The position numbers and the translations under genes are program-made. DNA of 64,000 nucleotides from Mustelus asterias. Its lineage: Eukaryota. Of this stretch, positions 11,940 to 21,699 are shown piece by piece; the stretch's first letter is position 1; the number at the start of each line of letters is the position of its first letter. The stretch is taken from NCBI RefSeq assembly GCF_964213995.1, contig NC_135808.1, positions 34,720,001-34,784,000 on the forward strand, in the 5' to 3' direction. The notes below the pieces were generated by a model. The model saw only the letters and a list, made by a program, of their open reading frames with translations, searched no databases and was not told the origin of the DNA.

Positions 11940-13950
11940 GCTCCCTTGATGCCAATGGAAGTCACCCTCAACTCTAGTATTCAGCTCTTTTGTCCATGTT
12001 TGAACCAAGGTTGTAATGAGGTCAGGAGCTGAGTGACCCTGGCAGAATCTAAACTGAGCGTCTGTGAGCAGGTTATTGCTGAGTAAGTGCTGTTTGATAG
12101 CATTGTTGATGGCCCTTCCATCCCTTTACTGATAATCAAGAATAGACTGATGGGGCAGTAATTGGCCTGGCTGGATTTGTTTCTTGTGTCCAGGACATAG
12201 CTGAGGAATGTTCCACATTTCCTGTTAGATGCCAGTGTTGTAGCTGTACTGGAACAGCGTGGCTAGGGGCGCGGCACGTTCTGGAGCACAAGTCTTCAGT
12301 ACAATTGCTGGAATATTGTCAGGGCCAACAGCCTTTGAATTATCCCGTGCCTTCAGTCGTTTCTTGATATCACGTGGAGTGAATCGAATTGACTGGAGGC
12401 TGGCATCTGAGATGCTGGGGACCTCTGGAGGAGGCCGAGATGGATCATCCACTTGGCACTTCTGGCTGAAGATTGTGGCGAAAGCTTCAGCCTTATCTTT
12501 TGCACTGATGTGCTGGGCTCCTCCATCATTGAGGATGGGATATTTGTAGAGCCTCCTCCTCCAGTGAGTTGTTTAACTGTCCACCACCATTCACAACTGG
12601 ATGTGGAAGGACTGCAGAGCTTGGATCTGATCCATTGGTTGTGGAATCTTTTAGCTCTATCACTTGCTGCTTATGCTGTTTGGCACATGAATAGTCCTGT
12701 GTTGTAGCTTCACCCAGGTTGACACTTCATTTTTAGATTTCCCTGGTGCTGTTCCTGGCATGCCCTCTTGCACTCTCCATTGAACCAGGGTTGATCTCCT
12801 GATGGTAATGGTTGAGTGGGGGATATGCCATGAGGTTACAGATTATGGTTGAGTACAATTCTGCTGCTGCTGATGGCCCAAAGCGCCCAGTGTTGAGCTG
12901 CTAGATCTGTTTGAAGTCTGTCCCATTTAGCACGGTGATAGTGCCACACAACACGATTGAGGGTATCCTCAATGTCAAGATGGGACTTCGTCTCCACAGC
13001 GACTGTGCGGTGGTCACTCTTACCGATACTGTCATGGGCAGATGCATCTGTGACAGGCAGGTTGATGAGGATGAGGTCAAGTATGTTTTTCCTTCTTGTT
13101 GTTTCCCTCACCACCTGCCCCAGCCTCTGTCTAGCAGCTATGTCCTTTCGGACCCAACCAGCTCAGTCTGTGGTGGTACTATCAAGCCACCCAGAGTACA
13201 TTCTGCACCCTTGCCACCCTCAGTGCTTCCTCCAAGTGGTGTTAAAGATGGAGGAATACTGATTCATCAGTCGAAGGAAGGCAGTACGTAGTAATCAGCC
13301 GGGGGTTTCCTTGCTCATGTTTGACCTGGGGCCATGAGACTTCATGAGGTCCGGAGTCAATGTTGAAGACTCCCAGGGTAACTCCATCCCGACTGTATCT
13401 CACTATACTGCCACCTCTGCTGGGTTTGTCCTGACGGTGGGACAGGACATATCCAGGGATGGTAATGGCAGTGTCTGGGACATTATCTGTCAGGTATGAT
13501 TCAGTGAATGTGACTATGTCAGGCTGTTGCTTCACTAGAATGTGACATATCTCTCCCAAGCCTCCAGATGTTAGTAAGGACGACTTTGCAGGGTCGACAG
13601 GACTGAGTTTGCCATAGTTTAGTCCAGTACCTAGTACCGGGTGGTCCGTCCAGTTTCATTTCTGTTCGGCTTCATAATGCTTTGATACAACTGAGTGGCG
13701 TGCTGGGCCACTTCAGAATCAACCACATTGTTGTGGATCTAGAGTCACATGTAGGCCAGATCAGGTTAGCATGGCAGATTTCCTTCCCCAAAGGGACATT
13801 ATTGAACCAGATGGACTTTTACAACAATCAGCAATGGTTTCACAGTCATTATCAGATTTTTTAATTCACGATTTTTTGCTGAATTAAAATTTCAAAACCC
13901 AGGTCCCTAGAGAATTGCTCTGTCTCTGAATTACTAGTCCAGTGACAATA
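11940..13950 (-). mobile_element. Degenerate CR1/L2-group LINE (endonuclease + start of RT)
   Basis: QQPDIV..TESYL, NILDLIL.N, GKSDHRTV and KAVGPDNIP motifs in ORFs 13242-13559, 12836-13114 and 12225-12452. Confidence 0.8.
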
Positions 13951-14413
13951 TTAGTGGCAGAGTGGCACAGTGGCTAGCACTGCTACCTCCCTCCAGGGAA
14001 CTCGGTTCAATTCCAGCCTTGGGCGACTGTCTTTTTGGAGTTTGTATGTTCTCCTTGTGTCTGCATGGGTTTCCTCTGGTGCTCTGGTTTTCTCCCACAG
14101 TCCAAAGATGTGCAGGTTAGTTGCATTGGCCATGCTAAATTGTCCCTTAGTGTCCAAGAATGTGGAGATTAGATGGGATCAGCCATAGTAAATGTGTGGG
14201 ATTATAGGGATAGGGTGAGGAAGAGGGCTGGGTAAAATACTCTGTTAGAGAGTTGGTGCTAATTGAGCACACTCAAAATGAGTGCCATGTTCGAGTCTTT
14301 ACGTCGCTCGTCGACGTGATTGTCTACCTCTAGCGAATCCACAGTCAGGGGACTACTGATCTAAACTGAGGCCAGATTATAAGGTCAAATCAGGGGTACT
14401 ACCCTCCCAAGAT

Positions 14414-15091
14414 CTAATTGGGGCTACTGAGCCAAGTTGTTGGCACCCAGTGCACGAAACTCCACCACCTCAGGACTGATAGAATAGGCCGAATCAAGAC
14501 TGAAAAATTAAAGAGACTATTAACTATACTAAAAGCCCCAAGTGTGGGAAAAATGGTATTACAGGGCTTACAAAATAACGTGTCTATGGGATAGTGTATT
14601 ATTACCTCACTACCCTTAGTTCGGTCCTGAGTTGGCTCTATGCTAACAGTCTCGATGAAGGTACCAGAAGTACCAACATCGCTTACGGTATTTTTGCTTA
14701 TTTCTAAGCTTCCCGAACCCACATTCTGGGCTTTATAGGCCTTATTATAGAAGGTAACTGTAGTTAACTCAACTACGTCATCCGTTGGATGGGCCGTCCA
14801 AACGGGCTCCTCTACAATAGGTTCAAGGTCCTCAACTACTGGGGTAGCTACCTTACCTGGACTGGGACCAGAATATACCACCCAATAGTGCCGATAGTTT
14901 AACTCGGGTCTCAAGGCTGTCTCTTCTGTTTGAGTGGAGACGGAACTTGTCTCTAGCTTCTTAGGGCTAGTTCTAGTATAGCCTAACTTTTTGAATTTTT
15001 CCCAAAGAGCGGCTACAGACTCATCTGGGGGGCTGTTATTTAACCGGGACCCAACCCATCCGGATTCCCCCTTTTCGGGAGTACTATTCAT
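14414..15091 (-). pseudogene. Truncated N-terminus of an R2-like ORF
   Basis: 225-aa ORF directly after the ribozyme; IIHYPIDTLFCKPCNTIFPTLGAFS is the CxxC half of a C2H2 finger with no His pair, consistent with a deletion junction near 14525. Confidence 0.65.
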
Positions 15092-15168
15092 TTCGCTAAC
15101 CGCCTATATCAAATCGCACAAATCTCTCTGTGGACTATCTATCTACGGTCTCTGCGTTGTTTTTAACA

Positions 15169-15331
15169 AAGTTGTTTAGCCCTTGGTGGCAAGCCACCAA
15201 GGTTACCGACGGGGCCGCGAGGAGGCACAACTTCACTGTGAATGCCAAAACACGCCAATAACATTCACAGAGGTAACTACCCAGAGATGACTCTCTAGTG
15301 AGACCCTTCTAAGAGTCATAGTTACTCCCGC
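15169..15331 (-). ncRNA. HDV-like self-cleaving ribozyme (R2 5' ribozyme)
   Basis: P1 (G)GCGGG/CCCGUC, P2 AAGUUGU/ACAACUU, P3 GCC/GGC, L3 UCCUCGC, P1.1 CC/GG, P4 CCUUGGUGG-CUUG-CCACCAAGG, J4/2 GCUAA with the candidate catalytic C at 15179. Confidence 0.9.
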
Positions 15332-15891
15332 ATGGGCTGAATGGCTTCTTCTGCACTGTTGGGATTCTGTGAATGCCACTGCATCTCCTGTTACAGGGAG
15401 AAGGCAGGAGACTGGCAGATGAGTTGCTCATTCGATAAGTAGTGCAGACATGATGGGCTGAATGGGCTCCTTCTATGCTGTAACAGTGCAGAGTGTCCTT
15501 CACTACACTAAGATCTGATAACATTATTGGGTCAAACAGCGTAGGCTCTGATTTTCTGCATTAATTGTCTTTTCCTGGCTGAAACCAGACTGGGTGCACT
15601 AAAATGGAAATTTCCCTCAGATGACTGTACGGCAGGAAGTAAAACGGTCGACATGATGCAAAGACTGACCCCATTTCCAGCCAGGAAGGGATTGTTTTAT
15701 GTCCAGGTCTGTTTCCCCTTGTGAAGATGCTCTGAGTGTTGATCTGTGATGGGACAGCCCTGTATCTGGGGTTAGTGTCCATATATCTCAAACTGTTTTA
15801 CTGGGGTGTTTCACCACAGCTAAGCTCAGGTCACCAACTCACCCGGGAGATGCAAAGGGGCTGAGTTATTTAGAAGCGTTGTGATAAAATG

Positions 15892-15957
15892 TGAACTCCA
15901 GGAGAGAATGTCTCTCAGCAACAGATGACAACCTGGTGTTCTAAATTCCTATTGGTC
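15892..15957 (+). promoter_or_regulatory. MHC class II S-X-Y promoter module
   Basis: X1 CTCAGCAACAGATG (15914-15927; HLA-DRA X1 is CCTAGCAACAGATG), X2-like TGACAA, a 20-nt spacer, Y box CCTATTGGTC (15948-15957), S-like TGAACTC at 15892. Confidence 0.85.
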
Positions 15958-16097
15958 AACAGCCCATTGAGCCTGCCCACACTCGGGATGCTAGCTGCCC
16001 AAACAGAAGCTGTGGGTTTTGTGTGTTCCAGTCTGCTCTCACACTTACCCTGGACTCTCTCCAAAGTCAGACACCCACAACACACCCTTTTAGAGAA

Positions 16098-16206
16098 ATG
16101 TTCTTTGGGAGAGTTTTCAGTCAAACTAACACTGAGATAACTTCCTGTTTCACTCATTAAACTCACTTATTGCTGGTGATGACAGGGGCACAGATTACGA
16201 GAGCGG
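16098..16206 (+). pseudogene. MHC class II leader exon (exon 1), inactivated
   Basis: ATG 140 nt after the Y box; reads MFFGRVFSQTNTEITSCFTH*THLLLVMTGAQITRA(G), with TAA at 16158-16160; the phase-1 donor position reads GGAGGT instead of GTAGGT. Confidence 0.6.
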
Positions 16207-16256
16207 GGAGGTTATTCTGAATTTATAAAAGACGATATATCATACTTCAGCTGTTA

Positions 16257-19200
16257 CATAAGAACATAAGAAATAGGAGCAGAAGTAGGCCATCTAGCCC
16301 CTCGAGCCTGCCCCGCCATTCAATAAGATCATGGCTGATCTGACGTGGATCAGTACCACTTACCCGCCTGATCCCCATAACCCTTAATTCCCTTACTGAT
16401 CAGGAATCCATCCATCCGCGCTTTAAACATATTCAGCGAGGTAGCCTCCACCACCTCAGTGGGCAGAGAATTCCAGAGATTCACCACCCTCTGGGAGAAG
16501 AAGTTCCTCCTCAACTCTGTCTTAAACCGACCCCCCTTTATTTTGAGGCTGTGTCCTCTAGTTTTAACTTCCTTACTAAGTGGAAAGAATCTCTCCGCCT
16601 CCACCCTATCCAGCCCCCGCATTATCTTATAAGTCTCCATAAGATCCCCCCTCATCCTTCTAAACTCCAACGAGTACAAACCCAATCTCCTCAGCCTCTC
16701 CTCATAATCCAAACCCCTCATCTCCGGTATCAACCTGGTGAACCTTCTCTGCACTCCCTCCAATGCCAATATATCCTTCCTCATATAAGGGGACCAATAC
16801 TGCACACAGTATTCCAGTTGCGGCCTCACCAATGCCCTGTACAGGTGCATCAAGACATCCCTGCTTTTATATTCTATCCCCCTCGCAATATAGGCCAACA
16901 TCCCATTTGCCTTCTTGATCACCTGTTGTACCTGCAGACTGGGCTTTTGCGTCTCATGCACAAGGACCCCCAGGTCCCTTTGCACGGTAGCATGTTTTAA
17001 TTTGTTTCCATTGAGATAGTAATCCCATTTGTTATTATTTCCTCCAAAGTGTATAACCTCGCATTTCTCAACGTTATACTCCATTTGCCATATCCTCGCC
17101 CACTCACTCAGCCTGTCCAAATCTCTCTGCAGATCTTCTCCGTCCTCCACACGATTCACTTTTCCACTTAACTTTGTGTCGTCTGCAAACTTCGTTACCC
17201 TACACTCTGTCCCCTCCTCCAGATCATCTATATAAATGGTAAATAGTTGCGGCCCGAGTACCGATCCCTGCGGCATGCCACTAGTTACCTTCCTCCAACC
17301 GGAAAAACACCCATTTATTCCGACTCTTTGCTTCCTGTCGGATAGCCAGTCCCCAATCCACTTTAACACACTACCCCCAACTCCGTGTGCCCTAATCTTC
17401 TTCAGCAGCCTTTTATGGGGCACCTTATCAAAAGCCTTTTGGAAATCCAAAAACACCGCATCCACCGGTTCTCCTCCATCAACCGCCCTAGTCACATCTT
17501 CATAAAAATCCAACATGTTCGTCAAGCACGACTTTCCCCTCATGAATCCATGCTGCGTCTGATTGATCGAACCATTTCTATCCAGATGCCCTGCTATCTC
17601 CTCTTTAATAATGGATTCCAGCATTTTCCCTACTACAGACGTTAAGCTGACCGGCCTATAGTTACCCGCCTTTTGTCTCCATCCTTTTTTAAACAGCGGC
17701 GTAACATTAGCCGTTTTCCAATCAACCGGCACTACCCCAGAATGCAACGAGTTTTGATAAATAATCACTAACGCATCCACTATTACCTCTGACATTTCTT
17801 TCAATACCCTGGGATGCATTCCATCCGGACCCGGGGACTTGTCCACCTTCAGTCCCATTAGTCTACCCAGCACTGCCTCTCTGGTAACATTAATTGTATT
17901 AAGTATTTCTCCTGCTGCCAACCCTCTATCGTTAATATTTGGCAAACTATTTGTGTCCTCCACCGTGAAGACCGACACAAAAAACTTATTTAAAGACTCA
18001 GCCATATCCTCATTTCCCACTATTAACTCCCCCCTCTCCTCCTCCAAGGGTCCAACATTCACTCTAGCCACTCTATTCCTTTTTATATATTTATAAAAAC
18101 TTTTACTATCATTTTTTATATTAATTGCTAGCCTAGCTTCATAGTCTATCCTTCCTTTCTTTATCGCTTTCTTAGTCTCTCTTTGTTGTTTCTTAAATTT
18201 TTCCCAATCACTTGTTTCTCCACTATTTTTGGCCACTCTGTACGCAGCTGTTTTTATTTTAATACTCTCCTTTATTTCCTTCGTTATCCACGGCTGGTTC
18301 TCCCTTTTCTTACAATCCTTGTTTTTTGCTGGAATATATTTTTGCTGAGAACTGAAAAGGATCTCCTTAAAAATCCTCCACTGTTCCTCAGCTATCCTAC
18401 CTGCCAGCCTGCTCTCCCAGTCTACCTTAGCCAATTCATCCCTCATCCTATCATATTTCCCTCTGTTCAAACAGAGGACACTGGTTTGGGACCAAACTTT
18501 CTCCTCTTCCATCTGAATCAGAAATTCGACCATATTGTGGTCACTAGACCCAAGAGGGTCCTTCACAATAAGATCCTTAATTCTACCTACCTCGTTACAC
18601 AATACCAGATCCAAAATAGCTCGTTCCCTCGTCGGTTCCGTAACATGCTGTTCAAGGAAACTATCCCGACAGCATTCTAAGAACTCTTCCTCCATTCCAC
18701 CCTTACCGACTTGAGTCTGCCAGTCAATGTGCATGTTGAAGTCCCCCATGATTATTGCCATTCCGTTTTTACACGCATCCCTTATCTGCTTGTTTATAGC
18801 CCTCCCTACCTCAACATTATTATTTGGGGGCCTATATACCACACCTACTAGTGTCTTTCTCCCTCTACTATTCCTCATCTCTACCCATAATGATTCCACG
18901 TTTTGTTCCTCAGAGCCTATGTCATCCCTCAGTACTACCCTGATATTATCTCTTATTAATAGCGCGACCCCACCACCTTTTCCTTCCTGTCTATTCTTCC
19001 TAAACGCCTGAAACCCCTGGATATTCATCTCCCAGTCCTGGTCACCTTTCAGCCACGTTTCTGTAATGGCCACTAGATCGTACCCACTTGTGCTGATTTG
19101 CACCATCAACTCATTTACCTTGTTCCGAATGCTTCGTGCATTCAGGCAAAGTGTCCTTATTCCAGCTTTTATCTGGACCCGCTTTGATGAGTCGCGAACA

Positions 19201-19418
19201 CCCTCTCCCTCTACTCCCTTATCTAAATTACCGCCTTCATTCACTTGCACCCTCTCCTCTACCATTAATTTTGTAATTCCCCTTACCCCTGCATCCTCCC
19301 CCCCCATCAATTAGTTCCTTGATCCTAGTCAACTCTTCTAGCTCCCCTCCCCCCAACCTATCTAGTTTAAATTCTCCCCAGTAGCCTTAGCCAACCTACC
19401 GGCCAGGATATTGGTCCC
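16257..19418 (-). mobile_element. Young CR1 LINE, 5'-truncated in ORF1, intact ORF2
   Basis: ORF1 tail GTNILAGRLAKATGENLN*, uninterrupted ORF2, (TTCTTATG)n tail. Confidence 0.97.
16350..19310 (-). CDS. CR1 ORF2 (APE endonuclease + reverse transcriptase), 986 aa
   Basis: LNARS, AITETW, GDFN, SDHN, SPGPDG, PQGSVLGP and FADDTK motifs with no stops. Confidence 0.95.
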   Translation of the reverse strand: MMGGEDAGVRGITKLMVEERVQVNEGGNLDKGVEGEGVRDSSKRVQIKAGIRTLCLNARSIRNKVNELMVQISTSGYDLVAITETWLKGDQDWEMNIQGFQAFRKNRQEGKGGGVALLIRDNIRVVLRDDIGSEEQNVESLWVEMRNSRGRKTLVGVVYRPPNNNVEVGRAINKQIRDACKNGMAIIMGDFNMHIDWQTQVGKGGMEEEFLECCRDSFLEQHVTEPTRERAILDLVLCNEVGRIKDLIVKDPLGSSDHNMVEFLIQMEEEKVWSQTSVLCLNRGKYDRMRDELAKVDWESRLAGRIAEEQWRIFKEILFSSQQKYIPAKNKDCKKRENQPWITKEIKESIKIKTAAYRVAKNSGETSDWEKFKKQQRETKKAIKKGRIDYEARLAINIKNDSKSFYKYIKRNRVARVNVGPLEEERGELIVGNEDMAESLNKFFVSVFTVEDTNSLPNINDRGLAAGEILNTINVTREAVLGRLMGLKVDKSPGPDGMHPRVLKEMSEVIVDALVIIYQNSLHSGVVPVDWKTANVTPLFKKGWRQKAGNYRPVSLTSVVGKMLESIIKEEIAGHLDRNGSINQTQHGFMRGKSCLTNMLDFYEDVTRAVDGGEPVDAVFLDFQKAFDKVPHKRLLKKIRAHGVGGSVLKWIGDWLSDRKQRVGINGCFSGWRKVTSGMPQGSVLGPQLFTIYIDDLEEGTECRVTKFADDTKLSGKVNRVEDGEDLQRDLDRLSEWARIWQMEYNVEKCEVIHFGGNNNKWDYYLNGNKLKHATVQRDLGVLVHETQKPSLQVQQVIKKANGMLAYIARGIEYKSRDVLMHLYRALVRPQLEYCVQYWSPYMRKDILALEGVQRRFTRLIPEMRGLDYEERLRRLGLYSLEFRRMRGDLMETYKIMRGLDRVEAERFFPLSKEVKTRGHSLKIKGGRFKTELRRNFFSQRVVNLWNSLPTEVVEATSLNMFKARMDGFLISKGIKGYGDQAGKWY

Positions 19419-19419
19419 T

Positions 19420-19716
19420 GTTCTTTAAGTTTATTTATTACTGTCACAAGTAGGCATACATTAACACTGCAATGAAGTTATTGTGAAAATCTCCCAGTTG
19501 CCACACTCCGGCGCCTGTTTGGGTTCATTGAGGGTGCATTTAGCATGGCCAATGCACGTCCTTTGGACTCTGGGAGGAAACCGGAGCATCCGGAGGAAGC
19601 CCACACAGACATGGGGAGTGCGTGCAGATTCCGCACAGACAGTCATCCAAGCCAGGAATCGAAGCTGGGTCCCTGGCGCTGTGAGGCAGCAGTGCTAACC
19701 ACTGTGCCACCATGCT
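19420..19716 (-). mobile_element. tRNA-derived V-type SINE
   Basis: Reverse strand GCAGCATGGTGGCACAGTGGTTAGCACTGCTGCCTCACAGCGCCAGGGACCC; tail differs from the 3478 copy. Confidence 0.8.
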
Positions 19717-20819
19717 GCACCAGGAATAGCCAGAATATGGGGCGTGATTCTTCTGCCACCACCAGGAAAATTGGGGCAATTCCCACTGGCGCTGGCAGCA
19801 CTAATAAGGTGGGATTCAACCACTTTAAAAGCGCACCACAGTGTTGGAGCCAGAATTTAACTATACAATAGGGCTGTGCCTGGCATACATGTCTTCGTCC
19901 CAGTCCAGGTTTGAAGAAGGAGACATCTGGTGGTCTCATGGGTGGGGGGGATTCCTGTAGGTCACTGTGCATGGGGCTTCAAGGGGTGAGGTCAATATGG
20001 GACATGGGGACATCAACAGAAAATAGATTGGGGGGAGAACAGGAGTATCAACAACAATAAACATGGATCCATGATTAAAGGGGGAAGTAGGAGAGTGAGC
20101 TGGGGAATGGGTTTGTTGAGGACCAAGGAGGATAGAAGGGATTTGGATAGTGACAGGAGAGGACTGGAAGCTGCTCTCGAAGTGGAATCGGAGCAGCACT
20201 ATTTCGACAGCCTGATGCAATGACACTGTAGGAAAGTAATTTTGTAAAGAATTGCGAGAGCGAGAGTCTGAGAGCTTCTGGGAGCCATCCATTACTGTCC
20301 TTTCTTACCGATTGAAGGAGCACTCTAATAATTTCCACTTCAGGACATGTAGAGCAAAGCTCAACTGAGATACATTAAGAAGATTCAAATGTCAATGGAA
20401 GGATTTTGGGACCAGATGTTGGGTGGCAATGCCCTGACTGAGGTTGATAGAAGGTTATGAATGTGCTGTAGTGCCTGGGGTGTTGGGGTCATGGGGAGGT
20501 GGCGCGGGGAGGGGGGGGGGGGGAGGGGCAGGAGAGGGGGGCACGGGTGGTGCTTTTAAGGACCCTCAGCTACCTGTGATCCTTCATGATGTGCTTCAGC
20601 TGCAAGGGAGGATTTTGTGATGAAATACCTGGAATGAGGGCTGTCCCAGGGATTCACAATGACCGGGATTTTCTAGTTCACTCCACAGTGGGTTTTCCGA
20701 TGGCGGAGGTGGTTCGCATTGGTTGCCAGTGGGATCTTCCAGTCCCACTGAATTCAGTGGCCATTTGTGTTTCTCACTCGCCACGCCGCCAGGGAACCCA
20801 TTACACGGGAACTGCTTTC

Positions 20820-21430
20820 AAAGAACAAAGGACAATACAGCACAGGAACCGGCCCTTCGGCCCTCCAAGCCTGCACTGATCATGTGTTCCTAACTAGACT
20901 ATCCGTTTGTATCCCTCTATTTCCAGTCTGTTCATGTGGCTATCTAGATAAGTCTTAAATGATCCTAGCATGTCTGCCTCAACCACCTTGCTTGGTAGTG
21001 CATTCCAGGCCCCCACCACCCTCTGTGTAAAATACGTCCCCCGCATATCCGTATTGAACCTTGCCCCCCTTACCTTGAACTTATGACCCCTTGTATTTGT
21101 CATTTCTGACCTGGGAAAAAGCTTCCAACTGTTCACCCTATCTATGCACTTCATAATTTTATAAACTTCTATTAGGTCGCCCCTCAACCTTCTTCTTTCC
21201 AGGGAGAACAACCCTAGCTTACTCAATCTCACCTCATAGCTAATACCCTCCATACCAGGCAACATCCTGGTAAACCTTTTCTGCACTCTCTCCAAAGCCT
21301 CAACGTCCTTCTGGTCATCCATGGCTCTTTGGTTATCCATGGCTCTTGAATCCTACCTCTCCTGTCCTTCCTTTTTACAGGCACATGCCTGTCCTGCACT
21401 CCTATCAACTGCTCCTTAAAAGACTCCAAC
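20820..21430 (-). mobile_element. CR1 3' fragment with internal deletion
   Basis: ORF 20894-21340 (LERVQKRFTRMLPG...FTQRVVGAWNALP) is joined directly to an upstream linker piece. Confidence 0.85.
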
Positions 21431-21699
21431 GGGACTGGAAGATCTCACCGGCAAAAATGCCGGACAATGACTCCCCCTAGCTTGGCGATAGAAGGTGATC
21501 ATTGCAGGGTAATGTTCAATCATGTCTCTCATCTATTTCTCTACAAGCACAAAGATGCGGGTAGCATGAAATAATCAGGCAACCCTGCCTTTTTTATGGC
21601 TTTCATGCAATGTAGGAGGTGAAGGAGAGCCTGTTGCTTTTTTAAGTTGGGCCGAAGGGCCTGTTTCCATGCTGTAAACGCCTATGACTCTATGACTCT

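Larger units (their letters stand above)
14260..15331 (-). mobile_element. Short internally deleted R2-like retroelement (non-autonomous), outside rDNA
   Basis: 5' 28S rRNA R2-upstream sequence GCGGGAGTAACTATGACTCT, HDV-like ribozyme, truncated ORF ending in half a zinc finger, structured 3' tail; no RT or endonuclease; no TSD. Confidence 0.85.
13952..15372 (+). mobile_element. HE1-type SINE split in two (13952-14259 and 15332-15372) by the R2-derived insertion
   Basis: tRNA-like head at 13952 and body to ...GAGAGTTGGTGC (14259); tail resumes at 15332 with ATGGGCTGAATGGCTTCTTCTGCACTGT; compare the intact copy at 3478-3827. Confidence 0.85.

Noticed and set aside
15311-15331. rRNA gene (28S match)
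   Set aside because: Only ~20 nt match; it is the leader of the R2-like element and no other rDNA is present.
16551-19314. Multiple + strand ORFs antisense to CR1 (also 61043-63172)
   Set aside because: Shadow ORFs of CR1 ORF2 with no independent motifs.
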